This document shows, one piece after another, positions 39,973 to 52,812 of a stretch of 64,000 bases of DNA. The number at the start of each line of letters is the position of its first letter. Position 1 is the stretch's first letter. The DNA is from Gammaproteobacteria bacterium. Its GTDB lineage: Bacteria > Pseudomonadota > Gammaproteobacteria > GCA-001735895. The notes under the pieces were generated by a model. The model did no database searches and was not told where the DNA came from. It was given only the letters and a program-made list of their open reading frames with translations. The translations under genes were made by a program, and so were the position numbers. Location: contig JBNKUM010000009.1 of the NCBI GenBank assembly GCA_050298595.1, forward strand, positions 1 to 64,000. The letters run 5' to 3'.

Positions 39973-40335
39973 ATGGCTTCAATATTGGCTGTTGATGATT
40001 CAGCATCAATGAGACAAATGGTTTCTTTTACTTTAAAGACTGCTGGTCATGATGTGACAGAAGCTGAAGATGGTGTGGTTGCCTTAAATATGGCCAGGTC
40101 ACGATCTTTTGATCTGGTGATAACTGACGTGAATATGCCGAATATGGATGGCATTACACTCATCGCTGAATTAAGAAAACTCCCAAATTTTAAATTTACT
40201 CCTCTTCTGATGCTGACTACCGAATCTTCAAGCGACAAGAAAATGGCGGGCAAAAATGCCGGGGCTACGGGATGGATAGTCAAGCCATTTAACCCTGATC
40301 AGTTACTTGCTGTTATTAAGAAAGCCTTAGGGTAA
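39973..40335 (+). CDS. cheY: CheY (second system)
   Basis: VDDSASMRQMV, DVNMP, GATGWIVKPF. Confidence 0.93.
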   Translation: MASILAVDDSASMRQMVSFTLKTAGHDVTEAEDGVVALNMARSRSFDLVITDVNMPNMDGITLIAELRKLPNFKFTPLLMLTTESSSDKKMAGKNAGATGWIVKPFNPDQLLAVIKKALG

Positions 40336-40433
40336 CTCATCATGTATCTGCCTGGTGAGGTCATGCCGAGTATGAGCAGACCAGGCAGTATTCGGGGTGT
40401 TGAAGTTCAGGGAATAGCCAGGAGCATTGACGC

Positions 40434-41225
40434 ATGAATGCACGAGTTCTCGCTGTCCTTAACCACAAAGGAGGGGTAGGGAAAACTACGACCTGCCTGA
40501 ATCTGGTCAGCGCCTATGCCGATCAGGGCCTGAAAGTTCTGGCAATAGACCTTGACCCCCAGTCGCATCTTGCGGTCAGCCTTGGTTTTAATGACCCGGG
40601 TAATTCCGGCTTAGATGAAATTTTTTTCGAGCATGCTGCATTACAGGATTATGTTCAAACTGTTCGGGAAAATCTGCATCTGTTAGTAGCAGGCTACAGA
40701 TTGGGAGAGGCTGAAAGACTGGCTGCCAAGGGACGATCTCAGGCAGTGATTGTCAGGGATGCGATTGAGTCGGTACTAGATGAATACGATCTAATATTGA
40801 TGGATTGTCCTCCGACCTCAGGCCTGCTCAATTTTAATGCTTTATATGCGGCTAATGAGGTAGTGATTCCAGTCTCCAGTGATTACCTGGCTCTGCATGG
40901 TCTTTCTCAACTATTACATACATTGAATAGCGCAGAGAAGTTTATGCAGAAAAAATTACAGCGCTGGATCGTTTTGACTCGATTTGCTACGCGTAGGCGA
41001 CTATCTAATCAGGTTCGGGATAAGTTAATAAAATACTTTCCAAATCAGTTGCTACCCACGGTAATTCGTGAAAATGCGGCATTAGCTGAAAGTCCAAGTT
41101 TTGGTAAGTCAATTTTTGACTATAGTAAGCATAGTAATGGTGCTCAAGATTATGCCGCTCTGGCCGATGATATTTTGTACAAAAGAGTAAAGAATTGTGA
41201 TGAATCAAAAGAAAAATTTATTTGA
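40434..41225 (+). CDS. ParA-family ATPase
   Basis: [27 protein letters not shown]. Confidence 0.9.
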   Translation: MNARVLAVLNHKGGVGKTTTCLNLVSAYADQGLKVLAIDLDPQSHLAVSLGFNDPGNSGLDEIFFEHAALQDYVQTVRENLHLLVAGYRLGEAERLAAKGRSQAVIVRDAIESVLDEYDLILMDCPPTSGLLNFNALYAANEVVIPVSSDYLALHGLSQLLHTLNSAEKFMQKKLQRWIVLTRFATRRRLSNQVRDKLIKYFPNQLLPTVIRENAALAESPSFGKSIFDYSKHSNGAQDYAALADDILYKRVKNCDESKEKFI

Positions 41226-42429
41226 AAAGCATCCACTGGTTATCTCGGGTATCCTGATTATATTGTTACTGATGCTGATACAGGTATTTGTGCCGACCAG
41301 TTGGCTAAGTATCCTGAGTTTACTTATCATGCTTGCACTCGCCGTGTTGCTGATTAAGACTTTATCCAGGCAGGAGCTGGAACAGACAGAAGATGACCTT
41401 AACTCAGATCAGGTAACAGTTGATTTGATGACAGTATTTGACGATCTTGCCAGTCTGGTTGATCAACAGGCAGGAGAAATTAGCCAATCCTTAGCCCAGA
41501 TAAAACAGGTAGTTATCAATGCAAGCGGTAATTTAAGCGATAGCTTTCATGACTTGAATAATAAAAGTCAGGACCAGGGTCAGCTGGTACTGGGGTTGTT
41601 AAATGCCGATAAGGGGTCGGATGCTCCAGCAGGGGATACAAAATTTAATATTGCCCAGTTTCTTGTAGAAACTCATGGCCTGTTGCAACGATTTGTCGAG
41701 ATTATGATTTCAAATAGTGACAATAGCAGCAAAATGGTAAATGCCATCGATGATATTTCCAGACAAATGGACGAAGCCTTTTCGTTGTTGAATGACGTGA
41801 CAGCTATTGCCAATCAAACCAATTTACTGGCATTAAATGCAGCCATTGAAGCTGCCCGTGCAGGAGATGCCGGTCGTGGTTTTGCTGTTGTGGCAGATGA
41901 GGTTAGAAAACTGTCTCAACATTCAAACCGCTTCAGTTCAGAGATTGGAGCGGTAGTGCAGAAAGCCAAGACCGATATCTCCAGTGCTAAGGATGTGGTG
42001 GCAGAGATGGCATCGCGTGATATGTCTGATGCTATTGAAGAGAAAAATCGTGTCGACGGTATGTTACAGAAAGTCGAGGAATACAATCAGAATATTGATG
42101 TAGAACTGGGTAAGATTTCGACTATTAGCAATGAAATAGCGCTTGCTGTAGGACTAGCTGTACAATCGCTACAGTTTGAAGATGTAGTAACACAGGTTAT
42201 CAGTTATAGCGATCAACATGCTAACCGCTTGCAGGGCCTGGTGCATCGTTTACACCAAAAACTTGCTGTGTTGAAATCAAATGATGCAGCCACTAACCCA
42301 GTGCAGATCCATCATATGGTAGAGCAGTTTCGTGATGAAATTGCTCAACTCAAACAGGAATGGGATAAACCGCTGAATAAAGCTGTGAATCAGAGTTCTA
42401 TGGAGCAGGGCGATATAGAGATGTTTTGA
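41200..42429 (+). CDS. Short methyl-accepting chemotaxis protein
   Basis: 2 [45 protein letters not shown]-terminal GDIEMF. Confidence 0.92.
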   Translation: MNQKKNLFEKHPLVISGILIILLLMLIQVFVPTSWLSILSLLIMLALAVLLIKTLSRQELEQTEDDLNSDQVTVDLMTVFDDLASLVDQQAGEISQSLAQIKQVVINASGNLSDSFHDLNNKSQDQGQLVLGLLNADKGSDAPAGDTKFNIAQFLVETHGLLQRFVEIMISNSDNSSKMVNAIDDISRQMDEAFSLLNDVTAIANQTNLLALNAAIEAARAGDAGRGFAVVADEVRKLSQHSNRFSSEIGAVVQKAKTDISSAKDVVAEMASRDMSDAIEEKNRVDGMLQKVEEYNQNIDVELGKISTISNEIALAVGLAVQSLQFEDVVTQVISYSDQHANRLQGLVHRLHQKLAVLKSNDAATNPVQIHHMVEQFRDEIAQLKQEWDKPLNKAVNQSSMEQGDIEMF

Positions 42430-42633
42430 GGGTAGTACGGTGTCATTGCTTATTTGCGGTAATTTATTGCAGTATAATGCTAACTAAACATAGCCTAACG
42501 ATTAAAGGATATGGCAGAATACTTTAGCCGCAAATTTCTGTTCAAAAAATCTAACTAGCTGCTATGCTAATTAACATACAAATGAAAGGGCGCAAAACCC
42601 AAACCTATTCAAAAATCATACAGGATCTTTTTT

Positions 42634-42939
42634 ATGTCTATTAACAGTACAGTGTCTGAAGACGGCAAGGTTATAACAATAGCCGTGTCAGGGAAATTTG
42701 ATTTCCAGCTCTACGATGAATTCAGAACCTCTTACGTCGACACACAAGGCTCAGGTGTTGATTACATTGTAGACCTTTCTGGGACTGATTATCTTGATAG
42801 TTCTGCGCTCGGCATGCTTTTACTATTACGCGAACATGCAGGTGGAGAAGGCTCAAAAATTAAGATATCCAGCGCTTCTCCTGACGTGAAAAAGGTTCTG
42901 GATGTGGCCAATTTTGGGAAGTTGTTCGAAATTAATTAA
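42634..42939 (+). CDS. STAS anti-sigma antagonist
   Basis: GKFDF, YLDSSALGMLL, ANF. Confidence 0.9.
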   Translation: MSINSTVSEDGKVITIAVSGKFDFQLYDEFRTSYVDTQGSGVDYIVDLSGTDYLDSSALGMLLLLREHAGGEGSKIKISSASPDVKKVLDVANFGKLFEIN

Positions 42940-42953
42940 CTTAGAGATGAGTC

Positions 42954-43247
42954 ATGAATGATTACTCAGAAAAAAGAGATTTCCAGAGAATGGTATTAGA
43001 CTGTTCGCTGGAATACCGTATCAGTGCCGAAGACAAAATCTATCAGGGGAAAATCCAGAACCTGAGTGCGAAAGGGGTGTTATTTCAGGGTGATCAGTCT
43101 ATAGCACTGGGTGTTCAGATTCAGATTACTGTATCTCCAGTCCACGATATAACCCCACCCATGGTTGCTGATGTTCGTGTGACGCGTTGTGACAAACGCG
43201 AAGATGGCAATTATTATGTGGCTGGGGAAATTATTCAGATCCTATGA
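42954..43247 (+). CDS. Single-domain PilZ protein
   Basis: EKRDFQR (RxxxR), NLSAKG. Confidence 0.9.
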   Translation: MNDYSEKRDFQRMVLDCSLEYRISAEDKIYQGKIQNLSAKGVLFQGDQSIALGVQIQITVSPVHDITPPMVADVRVTRCDKREDGNYYVAGEIIQIL

Positions 43248-44483
43248 GTGACTTTCTCTGGAGTATGCTCTGACCACATAATCATCCACTAGACGTATAA
43301 ACTCTTCAGCAATATGATCACCTTTCAGGGTCACGGTTTTTACACCGTCTTCATAAACTGGTGCTACTGGTAGTTCACCGTTGCCTGGCAGGCTGATTCC
43401 AATGTTTGCATGTTTGCTTTCGCCCGGTCCATTCACTACACAGCCCATTACTGCAACATTCATTTTTTCTACACCAGGATATTCTCCTCTCCACTTCTGC
43501 ATAGATTGATCTAGCTGAGATTGTATTTTTTGTGCTAAAACCTGAAATAGGTTGCTGCTGGTCCGGCCGCATCCGGGGCAGGCTACAACAGTAGGTGTGA
43601 AAGATCGTATATTCATCGATTGCAGGATGTGCTGCGCTACCTTTACCTCTCTGGTACGGCTCTCACCGGGCTCGGGGGTGAGAGAGATTCGAATGGTGTC
43701 ACCAATACCTTCGTCTAGAAGAATGGCTAGTGCAGCGGTTGATGCGATAACCCCTTTATCACCCATGCCAGCTTCAGTCAGCCCCAGATGTAAAGCGTAG
43801 CTGGAGCGGGTTGCCAGTTCGCGGTAAACCGCAACCAGATCATGCACATGGCTCATCTTACAGCTGATGATGATTTTATCAGCAGCAAGGCCTATATCCT
43901 CGGCCAGGCGGGCACTGCTGAGAGCGGATTCAATGACCGCTCTACGGTTTATTTGATTGAGTGATTCAGGGTGTTTTGAGTGGGCATTCTGATCCAGCAA
44001 TTGAGCCAGGATCTGTTGATCCAGGCTGCCCCAGTTGACTCCTATTCTGACCGGTTTTTCGTAACGACAGGCTTGTTCGACCATACTCTGAAATTGAATA
44101 TCGCGTTTCTTTCCGCGCCCTACATTACCCGGGTTTATTCGATATTTAGCCAGAGCTTGCGCGCACTCAGGGTACTTTTCTAATAGTTTATGGCCATTGA
44201 AATGGAAGTCACCCACTATAGGTACCTGATACCCCGACTGAATCAGTGAATCAACTATGGGTGCTACAGCGCTGGCTGCTGCTTCATTATTCACTGTAAC
44301 ACGCACCAGCTCAGAGCCCGCGTCATGAAGTTGTTTAATCTGCTCAACAGTTGCAGAGATCTCAGCTGTATCGGTATTGGTCATGGATTGTACTATAACC
44401 GGGTTATTACCTCCGATTTGTACTGGACCGACCTGCACGGTATGGCGTTTGGGTAAAGCGTTTGTATTCACAATGTACTGCAT
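43242..44483 (-). CDS. ispG: HMBPP synthase IspG
   Basis: [42 protein letters not shown]; start uncertain. Confidence 0.97.
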   Translation of the reverse strand: MQYIVNTNALPKRHTVQVGPVQIGGNNPVIVQSMTNTDTAEISATVEQIKQLHDAGSELVRVTVNNEAAASAVAPIVDSLIQSGYQVPIVGDFHFNGHKLLEKYPECAQALAKYRINPGNVGRGKKRDIQFQSMVEQACRYEKPVRIGVNWGSLDQQILAQLLDQNAHSKHPESLNQINRRAVIESALSSARLAEDIGLAADKIIISCKMSHVHDLVAVYRELATRSSYALHLGLTEAGMGDKGVIASTAALAILLDEGIGDTIRISLTPEPGESRTREVKVAQHILQSMNIRSFTPTVVACPGCGRTSSNLFQVLAQKIQSQLDQSMQKWRGEYPGVEKMNVAVMGCVVNGPGESKHANIGISLPGNGELPVAPVYEDGVKTVTLKGDHIAEEFIRLVDDYVVRAYSRESHS

Positions 44484-44648
44484 CAATAGTAGAAAGAGGG
44501 GCATTATATCTATTTTTTGCAAAAGGATATGCCGACAAAGACGATATCTCGTCTAAATATTAAACATATCCCAAATAAAGCTGAATATTGTAGATGTTGC
44601 ACTATAACTAATTAATAAACATCACAATAATGAGGGGGGGAGTATTGC

Positions 44649-46751
44649 ATGTCCATTGATATGGCTCAATTCCATCAGGTCTTCTTCGAGGAAAGCTTTG
44701 AAGGCCTGGCAGTGATGGAGACCGGTTTGATGGAGCTTGAACCTGGCAGTGCTGATGAGGAAGTAATAAACAGTATCTTTCGTGCCGCCCACTCTATCAA
44801 AGGTGGCTCCGGTACCTTTGGATTCAAGGCTATTGCAGATTTTACCCATGTAATGGAAACATTACTGGATGAAATGCGTGATGGTAAACGCAATGTTACT
44901 CGAGAAAATAGCGACATTCTGTTGCGTTCAGTCGACTGTCTTAAGGAAATGCTGGAAGCTGCGCAATCCGGTAGTGAAGCTGATGCTGAGCGTGTTCAGG
45001 AACATCAGGCTGAACTGGAAAAAGAATTAGCCAATACCTCCACTGCTGAATCCTCTCCAATTGCTAGCGATAGTGCAGCTCAGATTCCCATACAAAGCAA
45101 TGAAACTCCATCCAGACGCTGGAAAATTCTATTTAAACCCACGCGTGAAATGTTGCAGTCGGCTAATGATCCCCTGCCTCTGATGCGTGAATTACGTGAG
45201 TTGGGAGAACTGGAGCTGATTTCCAGGCTCGATCAGGTACCTGACTTCGAATCGCTGGAACCTGAAGATTGTTATATGAGCTGGGAAATGAATCTTTTTG
45301 GCGATGCCAGCAAGGAGCAGCTACTGGAGGTTTTCGCATGGGTAGAAGATTTATGTGAGCTATCCATAACTGAGTTAGTGGATGAGTCTGAGCAAAGTGA
45401 TCAGCAGGCAGTAGTTGAGCCGAATAAAATACTGGTCCCACAACGCAGAGAAGAAGATCGGGGGAAACCTCGCATGGATCGGCGCGAAGGTGATCGACGC
45501 AAGGCAGATCGAAGAACCGTCACTAGCGCACCAGCGGCTCAGGCAGCCTCCATTCGGGTAGAAACCGGTAAAATCGATGCGCTCATTAATATGGTAGGTG
45601 AGCTGGTGATTACTCAGTCCATGTTGGGTATGGTTGGCGAAAATATTGAAGAAAACCATGCCGTTACACCTGCCGATATTGAAAAGATGGTGGAAGGCCT
45701 GAAACAGCTGGAACGTAATACCCGTGAATTGCAGGAAAGTGTGATGAAGGTAAGAATGATGCCGATCAGTTTTTCCTTTTCTCGCTTCCCCCGCCTGGTG
45801 CGTGATTTATCCGCCAAGTTAGGCAAAAAGATAGACCTCAAATTAGTCGGTGAAACCACCGAAGTCGATAAAACCGTAATCGAAAAAATCGGTGACCCTA
45901 TGGTTCATCTGGTACGTAACAGTATTGATCATGGGATAGAAGAGCCCGCCGACAGACTTGCTGCTGGCAAACCGGAAACCGGAACTATTGAACTGAATGC
46001 CTACCATCAGGGGGGCAATATCGTCATCGAAATTAAGGATGACGGTAAAGGCATGGATAAACAAAAGCTACTGGATAAGGCGATTGATAGAGGACTGATT
46101 GGTGAAGAGGATCAGCTTAGCGATAAACAAATCTTTGATTTAATCTTTATGCCAGGATTTTCTACCGCCGAAGTAGTGAGTGATGTATCTGGTCGGGGCG
46201 TCGGCATGGATGTGGTCAGAAGAAACATCCAGGAGCTTGGTGGCGGGGTTGAAATTGAGTCAGAGCTGGGTATTGGTACCACCATGATCATTCGTCTGCC
46301 CTTGACCCTGGCAATTCTAGATGGACAGACAGTTAAGGTTGATAGTGAAAATTACATCATTCCAATCATCTCTATCATTGAATCGATTCAGATCAAGCCC
46401 GAGATGCTCAAGCGTGTCGGAGGTCAGGGTGAAACCTTCAGGTTACGCGATGAATATATACCTATTATCAAATTGCATGAAGTCTTCGGCATCGAAGGAG
46501 CTGAGCAGATTTCACTAGATGAAGGCTTGCTGGTAGTGGTAGAAGCTGACGGTCAACATGTAGGTCTTTTTGTCGATGATCTGTTAGGTCAGCAGCAGGT
46601 CGTTATCAAATCGCTGGAAAGTAATTACAGGAAAATTGAAGGTTTTTCAGGGGCGACAATTTTAGGAGATGGTTCTGTAGCCCTGATACTGGATATGCCT
46701 GGAATATTGCGCCTCAATAAAAAGCTAACCCATCAGTCACAGGCGGCATAG
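44649..46751 (+). CDS. cheA: CheA (second system)
   Basis: FRAAHSIKG, LVRNSIDHG, SGRGVGMDVV; DRR-repeat linker. Confidence 0.97.
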   Translation: MSIDMAQFHQVFFEESFEGLAVMETGLMELEPGSADEEVINSIFRAAHSIKGGSGTFGFKAIADFTHVMETLLDEMRDGKRNVTRENSDILLRSVDCLKEMLEAAQSGSEADAERVQEHQAELEKELANTSTAESSPIASDSAAQIPIQSNETPSRRWKILFKPTREMLQSANDPLPLMRELRELGELELISRLDQVPDFESLEPEDCYMSWEMNLFGDASKEQLLEVFAWVEDLCELSITELVDESEQSDQQAVVEPNKILVPQRREEDRGKPRMDRREGDRRKADRRTVTSAPAAQAASIRVETGKIDALINMVGELVITQSMLGMVGENIEENHAVTPADIEKMVEGLKQLERNTRELQESVMKVRMMPISFSFSRFPRLVRDLSAKLGKKIDLKLVGETTEVDKTVIEKIGDPMVHLVRNSIDHGIEEPADRLAAGKPETGTIELNAYHQGGNIVIEIKDDGKGMDKQKLLDKAIDRGLIGEEDQLSDKQIFDLIFMPGFSTAEVVSDVSGRGVGMDVVRRNIQELGGGVEIESELGIGTTMIIRLPLTLAILDGQTVKVDSENYIIPIISIIESIQIKPEMLKRVGGQGETFRLRDEYIPIIKLHEVFGIEGAEQISLDEGLLVVVEADGQHVGLFVDDLLGQQQVVIKSLESNYRKIEGFSGATILGDGSVALILDMPGILRLNKKLTHQSQAA

Positions 46752-46754
46752 ATC

Positions 46755-47258
46755 GTGGGTGAACAGGAAATTGCAGAAGAATTAAAACATCTGTCATCTG
46801 TAGATCAGTATCTGACCTTTGCCATAGGTGAGGAAGATTATGGGGTACATATCTTAAGTGTGCAGGAAATAAGAGGCTGGGAAGCAGTAGCTCGTGTACC
46901 CAATACACCTCACTATATCAAAGGGGTACTTAATTTGAGGGGAACTGCAGTTCCCGTCATTGATATGCGTCTGCGCATGGGAGAAAAAGAGCCAGAATAC
47001 AATGCAACCACGGTGGTAATCATCTTGCGAGCATCTATGAATTCGGCAGAAAGAATCGCTGGTATAGTAGTGGATAATGTTTCTGATGTAATGCATGCGC
47101 GTAGCGATGAAATCAGGAAAACACCAGATTTTGGAGACAGAGTGGATACCGAGTTTATCAAGGGTCTGGTTGATGCTGATGGCAAGATGGTTATGTTGTT
47201 CGATGTAGATAAGTTTATGCATCACCCGGATATTTATGATGAAGAAGTGAACGAATAA
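46755..47258 (+). CDS. cheW: CheW
   Basis: [15 protein letters not shown]. Confidence 0.93.
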   Translation: MGEQEIAEELKHLSSVDQYLTFAIGEEDYGVHILSVQEIRGWEAVARVPNTPHYIKGVLNLRGTAVPVIDMRLRMGEKEPEYNATTVVIILRASMNSAERIAGIVVDNVSDVMHARSDEIRKTPDFGDRVDTEFIKGLVDADGKMVMLFDVDKFMHHPDIYDEEVNE

Positions 47259-47277
47259 CCCAGCGGCGAAGATAATT

Positions 47278-50001
47278 ATGTCTATCAATAATATTAAAGT
47301 AAACAGCAAGCTGATTTTGATGCTGATGGTCCCTTTTCTGGTGATGTTGGTTCTTGCGGTGATGGAGTTTCAATCAGCCCTTTTGAAAGCCCGCAATGCT
47401 TCTAATATGGGACATTTTACCAATATTGCAATTACCATGAATCGGACAACAGATGCAATCCAGCAGGAATATGATATTTCGCTTACATTTATCAACTCAA
47501 CTGGCAAAGAGTATTCGTCTGCGCTGGATAAAGCACGACAGGATACTGATACAAAGGTATCTGAGCTGAGAGCGGAATTGGAATTGAGCGATACAGCCTC
47601 CTATGGAGAAGACTATGTCCATCAGCTTGAACAGGTTCAGACTGATATTAATCAACTGGCTGAGATACGGTCTGCTGTTAATAATCAGTCAGTTATAGTA
47701 GCCCATTCCTATGAAAAGGTTGTGGCGAATATGTTGAAAATAATCGAAATGCTACCTCGCCTAAGTTTAGATAAAAACATGGCTAACACCGCCAATGCTT
47801 ATGCAAATCTGCTCGTGCAGAAGAATAATGCCATCAAGGAGAAACGGATATTGCTGGTGGTGTCTAAACGTGATCATTTCCTTGGTCGGGAGTTTAATGA
47901 TTTTATCCAGGCAGTTAATTTACAACATAATTATGAGTCTGCTTTCCTATCGCTGGCTAATCAGCATGAGAAAGAGTTCTATCATAAAACGCTCGATACT
48001 GATGTGGTGAAACGAGCTGAAAGCATGCGGGAGAAAGCTCGAAATCCGACAGAGGATGGCAGCATAAATATTGATCCAGCTGAATGGGATAAATCACAGG
48101 GAGAGAAAATTAAACTGCTGAACAAGATCGCTGAAGTGATGACTGAAAGTATAAAAAATTCAGCTGAAAAAGCGGATTCGGTAGCTGTTACCACATTGAT
48201 AACCATTAGTATCGTCGCCGCAGTAGCAACCTTATTATCAATATTCATGTGGTGGATTATTTCATCGAGTATAAAGGGTTCGCTGAATACGGTGTCTCAT
48301 ATACTGGGGCGGATTGCGATTGGTGATTTTTCCAGTGAAATTAAAAATACAGGTAATGATGAATTTGGTCAGTTGTTAAGCACCTTAGGCAAGATGCAGT
48401 CAGACCTGAAAAAGAAGCTGGATAGCGACGCCGAGATTGCTGCGAGTAATGCACGCATCAAGGTGGCACTGGATAATGTATCCGCCAACGTGATGTTAGC
48501 TGATCAGAATAATGACATTATTTATATAAACCCTGCTGCCGATATAATGTTTTCTGGCATCGAAAAGGATCTGGCAAAAGATATTGCTGGATTCAACGCT
48601 AGCAATATCATAGGTAGAAATGTTGATGTATTCCATAAAAACCCAGCCCATCAACAGCGCCTGCTTGCAACCTTAAGTGGGCGTCACAATGCTCAGTTTT
48701 TTGCGGGTGGTCGAAGCATGGCTTTCGTTGCCAATCCGGTACTGGGCGATGGTGGTGAGCGCCTAGGCACGGTGGTTGAATGGCAGGATCGGACAGCAGA
48801 GGTTAATGCTGAAATTGAAATTCAATCAATTGTTGACTCGGTGCAACAGGGTGACCTTGAACAAAGGGTATCCACGGAAGGTAAATCCGGATTTTTCCTC
48901 AACCTGAGTGAAGGTATCAACAAAATGGTTGCTGAGGTAGCTGGTACCTTAAATGATATTAATGTGGTGATGTCGGCTTTAGCACATGGAGATCTGACCC
49001 AAAAAATTGAAAATCATTACCTCGGCACTTTCGAGTCAGTTGCGAATAACGTTAATACTACTATTGATGAGCTGTCAAATATTGTTGGAGAAATCAGATC
49101 TACATCCGATGAAGTGACCACTACCTCTCACGAGATTCTGGATGGTAATAACAGTCTGTCAGCTCGCACCGAGCAGCAGGCTGCGGCACTGGAAGAAACA
49201 GCGTCCAGCATGGAAGAAATTACCAGTACAGTGAAGCAGAACTCGGATAATGCGCAACAGGCTAATGTGCTCTCAACCGCGGCTGGAGAAATGGCTAATA
49301 AAGGGGGGCAAGTCGTTGATGATGCGGTGATCGCCATGCAGGAAATCAATGCGTCGAGTGAAAAAATCGCTGAAATCATTAGCGTTATTGATGAAATCGC
49401 ATTCCAGACCAACCTGCTTGCGCTGAATGCTAGTGTCGAAGCAGCCCGAGCTGGTGATCAGGGTAGAGGTTTTGCCGTGGTGGCCACCGAAGTACGAAAT
49501 CTGGCACAACGTAGTGCGACTGCAGCTAAGGAGATTAAGGAACTGATTAATGATAGCGTGCAAAAGGTTAATGCTGGGACTGAACTGGTGAATAAATCGG
49601 GTGAAACACTTAAGGAAATCGTTCAGGGGGTTAAGAAGGTAGGAGATATCGTCGCCGAAATCGCTGCTGCTAGCCAGGAGCAGACAACGGGAATCCAGCA
49701 GGTCAACATTGCTGTGGCCAGTATGGATGAAACCACACAGCAGAATGCAGCATTGGCAGAGCAGACATCTGCCGCTAGTGTATCGATGACAGAGCGTAGT
49801 AGTGACATGTCCAGAAGACTGGAGTTTTTTACTCTAGGTGGTAACTGGAAGCCGAAACCAGCAAGCACTACAGCTGCAAAGCCCGCAAAAAAAACTCAAG
49901 TAACTCCGACAGAAAAACCTAAACCTAAACTAAAAACTAAACCAAAAGTCGATGTGGTAGCTGATACTGATTTTGATGACGATGAGTGGGAAGAGTTTTA
50001 G
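47278..50001 (+). CDS. MCP: TM-NIT-like-TM-HAMP-PAS(Aer2-like)-HAMP-MA, pentapeptide EWEEF
   Basis: Periplasmic helical domain with NIT pattern; [14 protein letters not shown]; QTNLLALNA; DDDEWEEF tail. Confidence 0.9.
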   Translation: MSINNIKVNSKLILMLMVPFLVMLVLAVMEFQSALLKARNASNMGHFTNIAITMNRTTDAIQQEYDISLTFINSTGKEYSSALDKARQDTDTKVSELRAELELSDTASYGEDYVHQLEQVQTDINQLAEIRSAVNNQSVIVAHSYEKVVANMLKIIEMLPRLSLDKNMANTANAYANLLVQKNNAIKEKRILLVVSKRDHFLGREFNDFIQAVNLQHNYESAFLSLANQHEKEFYHKTLDTDVVKRAESMREKARNPTEDGSINIDPAEWDKSQGEKIKLLNKIAEVMTESIKNSAEKADSVAVTTLITISIVAAVATLLSIFMWWIISSSIKGSLNTVSHILGRIAIGDFSSEIKNTGNDEFGQLLSTLGKMQSDLKKKLDSDAEIAASNARIKVALDNVSANVMLADQNNDIIYINPAADIMFSGIEKDLAKDIAGFNASNIIGRNVDVFHKNPAHQQRLLATLSGRHNAQFFAGGRSMAFVANPVLGDGGERLGTVVEWQDRTAEVNAEIEIQSIVDSVQQGDLEQRVSTEGKSGFFLNLSEGINKMVAEVAGTLNDINVVMSALAHGDLTQKIENHYLGTFESVANNVNTTIDELSNIVGEIRSTSDEVTTTSHEILDGNNSLSARTEQQAAALEETASSMEEITSTVKQNSDNAQQANVLSTAAGEMANKGGQVVDDAVIAMQEINASSEKIAEIISVIDEIAFQTNLLALNASVEAARAGDQGRGFAVVATEVRNLAQRSATAAKEIKELINDSVQKVNAGTELVNKSGETLKEIVQGVKKVGDIVAEIAAASQEQTTGIQQVNIAVASMDETTQQNAALAEQTSAASVSMTERSSDMSRRLEFFTLGGNWKPKPASTTAAKPAKKTQVTPTEKPKPKLKTKPKVDVVADTDFDDDEWEEF

Positions 50002-50064
50002 TGCAATGATTTGTTGCGAATAAACCATACGATTTTTATCTTTAGATAAGAACTGGAGCACAAC

Positions 50065-52266
50065 ATGAAAATTAATGAGCCTGTAACTCAAAATGAAGTC
50101 AAGATGCGCGAGGGTTCAATCCTGGTGTCTAAAACAGACCTTAAGGGCATTATTACCTATGTTAATCAGGACTTCATTGATATTAGTGGATTCTCCGAAG
50201 ATGAATTGATTGGTAAAAATCATAACGTTGTGCGCCATCCCGATATGCCTCCAGAGGCCTTCCAGTGGTTATGGGATGACCTTAAGGCAGGGCAACCCTG
50301 GACTGCACCCGTTAAAAACAGAGCCAAAAATGGTGACTATTACTGGGTGAGTGCAAATGTGTCACCGATTACCAAAAATGGAAAAGTAGTTGAATATATG
50401 TCCGTCAGGACTCGGCCTGGCGATGATGTGATTGCAGCTGCAGACAAACTTTACAGGGATATTAATGCAGGTAAGGTTTCGCTTGAAAAAACAGCTTTAC
50501 AAAAGGCTATACATAAATTCAACAGCATAAAAACTACTACCTGGTTATATACCAGCGTCATTATCGCATCGTTGTTTATGTTCGCGCTGGCTGCAATGCT
50601 CATGTCAGGTGTGTCTGCATCAGGTATAGCGACTGCTCTGGTCGTGGCTGGAGTGCTTACGCTAATTGGTGGCACCATCAATACCCGTAATAACAGTAAA
50701 CCCATGCATTATCTTGAGTCACAGTTATTAGCCATTTCCAATGGTGATTACTTTAACTGGACCGATATTACGCGACCTGATGATATCGGGGACATGATGC
50801 GCTGCGTCTTTTCCACTCAGGTAAGACTGGGGTTTGATGTGATGGATGCAAGGGAAAAAGCGGTTGAAGGTGACCGTATTAAAACTGCGCTGGATAATGT
50901 CAGCGCCAACGTGATGGTGGCTGATGCGGATCTAAACATTATTTATATCAATGATACTATCAGTAAAATGTTTGCCAATGCTGAACAGGATATTAGAAAG
51001 GATTTACCGAACTTTAATGCTGCTACTTTACTGGGTACGAATATTGATGTTTTCCACAAAAATCCGGCCCATCAAAGAGGTCTGCTGGAAACTCTAACAT
51101 CGACCTATCAAGCTGACCTGAAAATTGGCGGTAGAAGCATGCAGGTGATTGCAAACCCGGTTATTAATGCCGATGGTCGCAAAATTGGTACCGTAGCCGA
51201 ATGGACAGATCGTACCGTTGAGGTTGCGATTGAAGAAGAGATGACCACGCTGGTGACTGATGCACAGTCAGGCAATTTATCGACTCGACTGAGTACAGAA
51301 GGTAAGGATGGTTTTTTCAGGCAGTTGGCAGATAATCTTAATAATATGCTGGATGTGCTGGAAGCTACTTTTAGCGATATCAGTAATGTGATGTCCACCC
51401 TGCGCGATGGTGATTTAACCCATACGATTGATCGTGACTACGAGGGTGTATTCGGAGAGGTTAAGGAAAACGTTAATGGCACGATCGAACAGATCAAAAG
51501 TATTGTGACTGAAATTCGCGAGTCTTCCACTCAGATAGATAGCACAGCCAGTGAAATTGCGACAGGTAATCACAATTTGTCATCTCGTACAGAGCAACAG
51601 GCAGCGGCGCTGGAAGAGGTTGCTTCCAGTATGGAAGAGATCACCTCTACCGTGAAGCAGAATGCAGATAATGCGGCTCATGCCAATACCCTGGCTACCG
51701 ATGCCGGTAATACCGCCGACGAAGGTGGCGAGGTGGTAAAACAGGCCGTTAATGCGATGACTGAAATCAATGCTTCCAGTTCCAGAATTGCAGAAATTAT
51801 CGGTGTGATTGATGAAATAGCATTCCAGACCAACCTGCTGGCTTTGAATGCTAGTGTAGAAGCGGCACGCGCAGGAGAACAGGGTAGAGGTTTTGCGGTA
51901 GTCGCCACAGAAGTTCGTAACCTGGCTCAGCGTAGTGCGACGGCGGCAAAGGAAATTAAGGAGCTGATTAATGATTCAGTGAAAAAGGTCCAGGCGGGTT
52001 CTGCGCTGGTGAATGAATCCGGCGTCAAGTTAGAAGAAATAGTAACCGGAGTGAAAAAAGTAAAGGATATCGTCGCTGAAATAGCTGCAGCAAGCTCAGA
52101 ACAGGCAACTGGTGTTGACCAGGTCAGTACCGCTATCACCAGCATGGATGATTTGACACAACAAAATGCTGCACTGGCTGAAGAGGCCTCTGCGGCCAGC
52201 ACGAACATGTCAGAACAGGCTCAGGTAATGAATAAACAGATGCAATTCTTTACAACAAATGGTTAA
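50065..52266 (+). CDS. MCP: Aer-type PAS, TM hairpin, HAMP, Aer2-type PAS, MA
   Basis: [24 protein letters not shown] (Aer FAD-PAS); second [14 protein letters not shown]. Confidence 0.9.
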   Translation: MKINEPVTQNEVKMREGSILVSKTDLKGIITYVNQDFIDISGFSEDELIGKNHNVVRHPDMPPEAFQWLWDDLKAGQPWTAPVKNRAKNGDYYWVSANVSPITKNGKVVEYMSVRTRPGDDVIAAADKLYRDINAGKVSLEKTALQKAIHKFNSIKTTTWLYTSVIIASLFMFALAAMLMSGVSASGIATALVVAGVLTLIGGTINTRNNSKPMHYLESQLLAISNGDYFNWTDITRPDDIGDMMRCVFSTQVRLGFDVMDAREKAVEGDRIKTALDNVSANVMVADADLNIIYINDTISKMFANAEQDIRKDLPNFNAATLLGTNIDVFHKNPAHQRGLLETLTSTYQADLKIGGRSMQVIANPVINADGRKIGTVAEWTDRTVEVAIEEEMTTLVTDAQSGNLSTRLSTEGKDGFFRQLADNLNNMLDVLEATFSDISNVMSTLRDGDLTHTIDRDYEGVFGEVKENVNGTIEQIKSIVTEIRESSTQIDSTASEIATGNHNLSSRTEQQAAALEEVASSMEEITSTVKQNADNAAHANTLATDAGNTADEGGEVVKQAVNAMTEINASSSRIAEIIGVIDEIAFQTNLLALNASVEAARAGEQGRGFAVVATEVRNLAQRSATAAKEIKELINDSVKKVQAGSALVNESGVKLEEIVTGVKKVKDIVAEIAAASSEQATGVDQVSTAITSMDDLTQQNAALAEEASAASTNMSEQAQVMNKQMQFFTTNG

Positions 52267-52311
52267 TAAGCCATTTGCTATGAAGCATGAGAATACTCCA
52301 GGTGTAACGAG

Positions 52312-52797
52312 ATGAGCAACAATCAAGGCACTAACCATAGCGAGGATATTCGGCAGGAGTATCTGACCTTTTCACTGGGTGCTGAGCAATACGGTGTAGA
52401 TATCCTTAAGGTCAAGGAGATACGCGGTTGGGAGCCACTGCGGGAACTGCATGATGCGCCAGCCTATATCAAAGGTGTGCTCGATTTTAGAGGGCACATC
52501 GTACCTGTCCTTGATCTCAGAATACGTTTTGGCATACAGCAATATGAATATAAACCGACAACCGTGATCATTATCCTGTCCACTGAAGATGATAAAAACA
52601 TGATGGGCGTCGTGGTGGATGCAGTGTCAGATGTGCTCTCTGTGAAACAGAGTGAAATCAAACCATCACCTGATTTGGGTGACAAAATCAATACTGATTA
52701 CATGCTGGGAATGGTCACCCAGCAGCAGGGTATGATTATGCTGGTGAACTCCGACCGTCTGGTCGATAAAGATGAACTGGAGGTCGAGGGCTATTAG
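52312..52797 (+). CDS. cheW: CheW
   Basis: YGVDILKVKEIRGW, KGVLDFRG. Confidence 0.92.
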   Translation: MSNNQGTNHSEDIRQEYLTFSLGAEQYGVDILKVKEIRGWEPLRELHDAPAYIKGVLDFRGHIVPVLDLRIRFGIQQYEYKPTTVIIILSTEDDKNMMGVVVDAVSDVLSVKQSEIKPSPDLGDKINTDYMLGMVTQQQGMIMLVNSDRLVDKDELEVEGY

Positions 52798-52812
52798 TCC
52801 ATCGAAATCATC

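Noticed and set aside
40348-40388. Hairpin CTGCCTGGT/ACCAGGCAG after cheY
   Set aside because: No U-tract, single copy; at most an mRNA-stability element
42430-42633. Possible c-di-GMP riboswitch upstream of the STAS gene
   Set aside because: Lacks the GGCAAAC..GAAA..GACGCAAAG core
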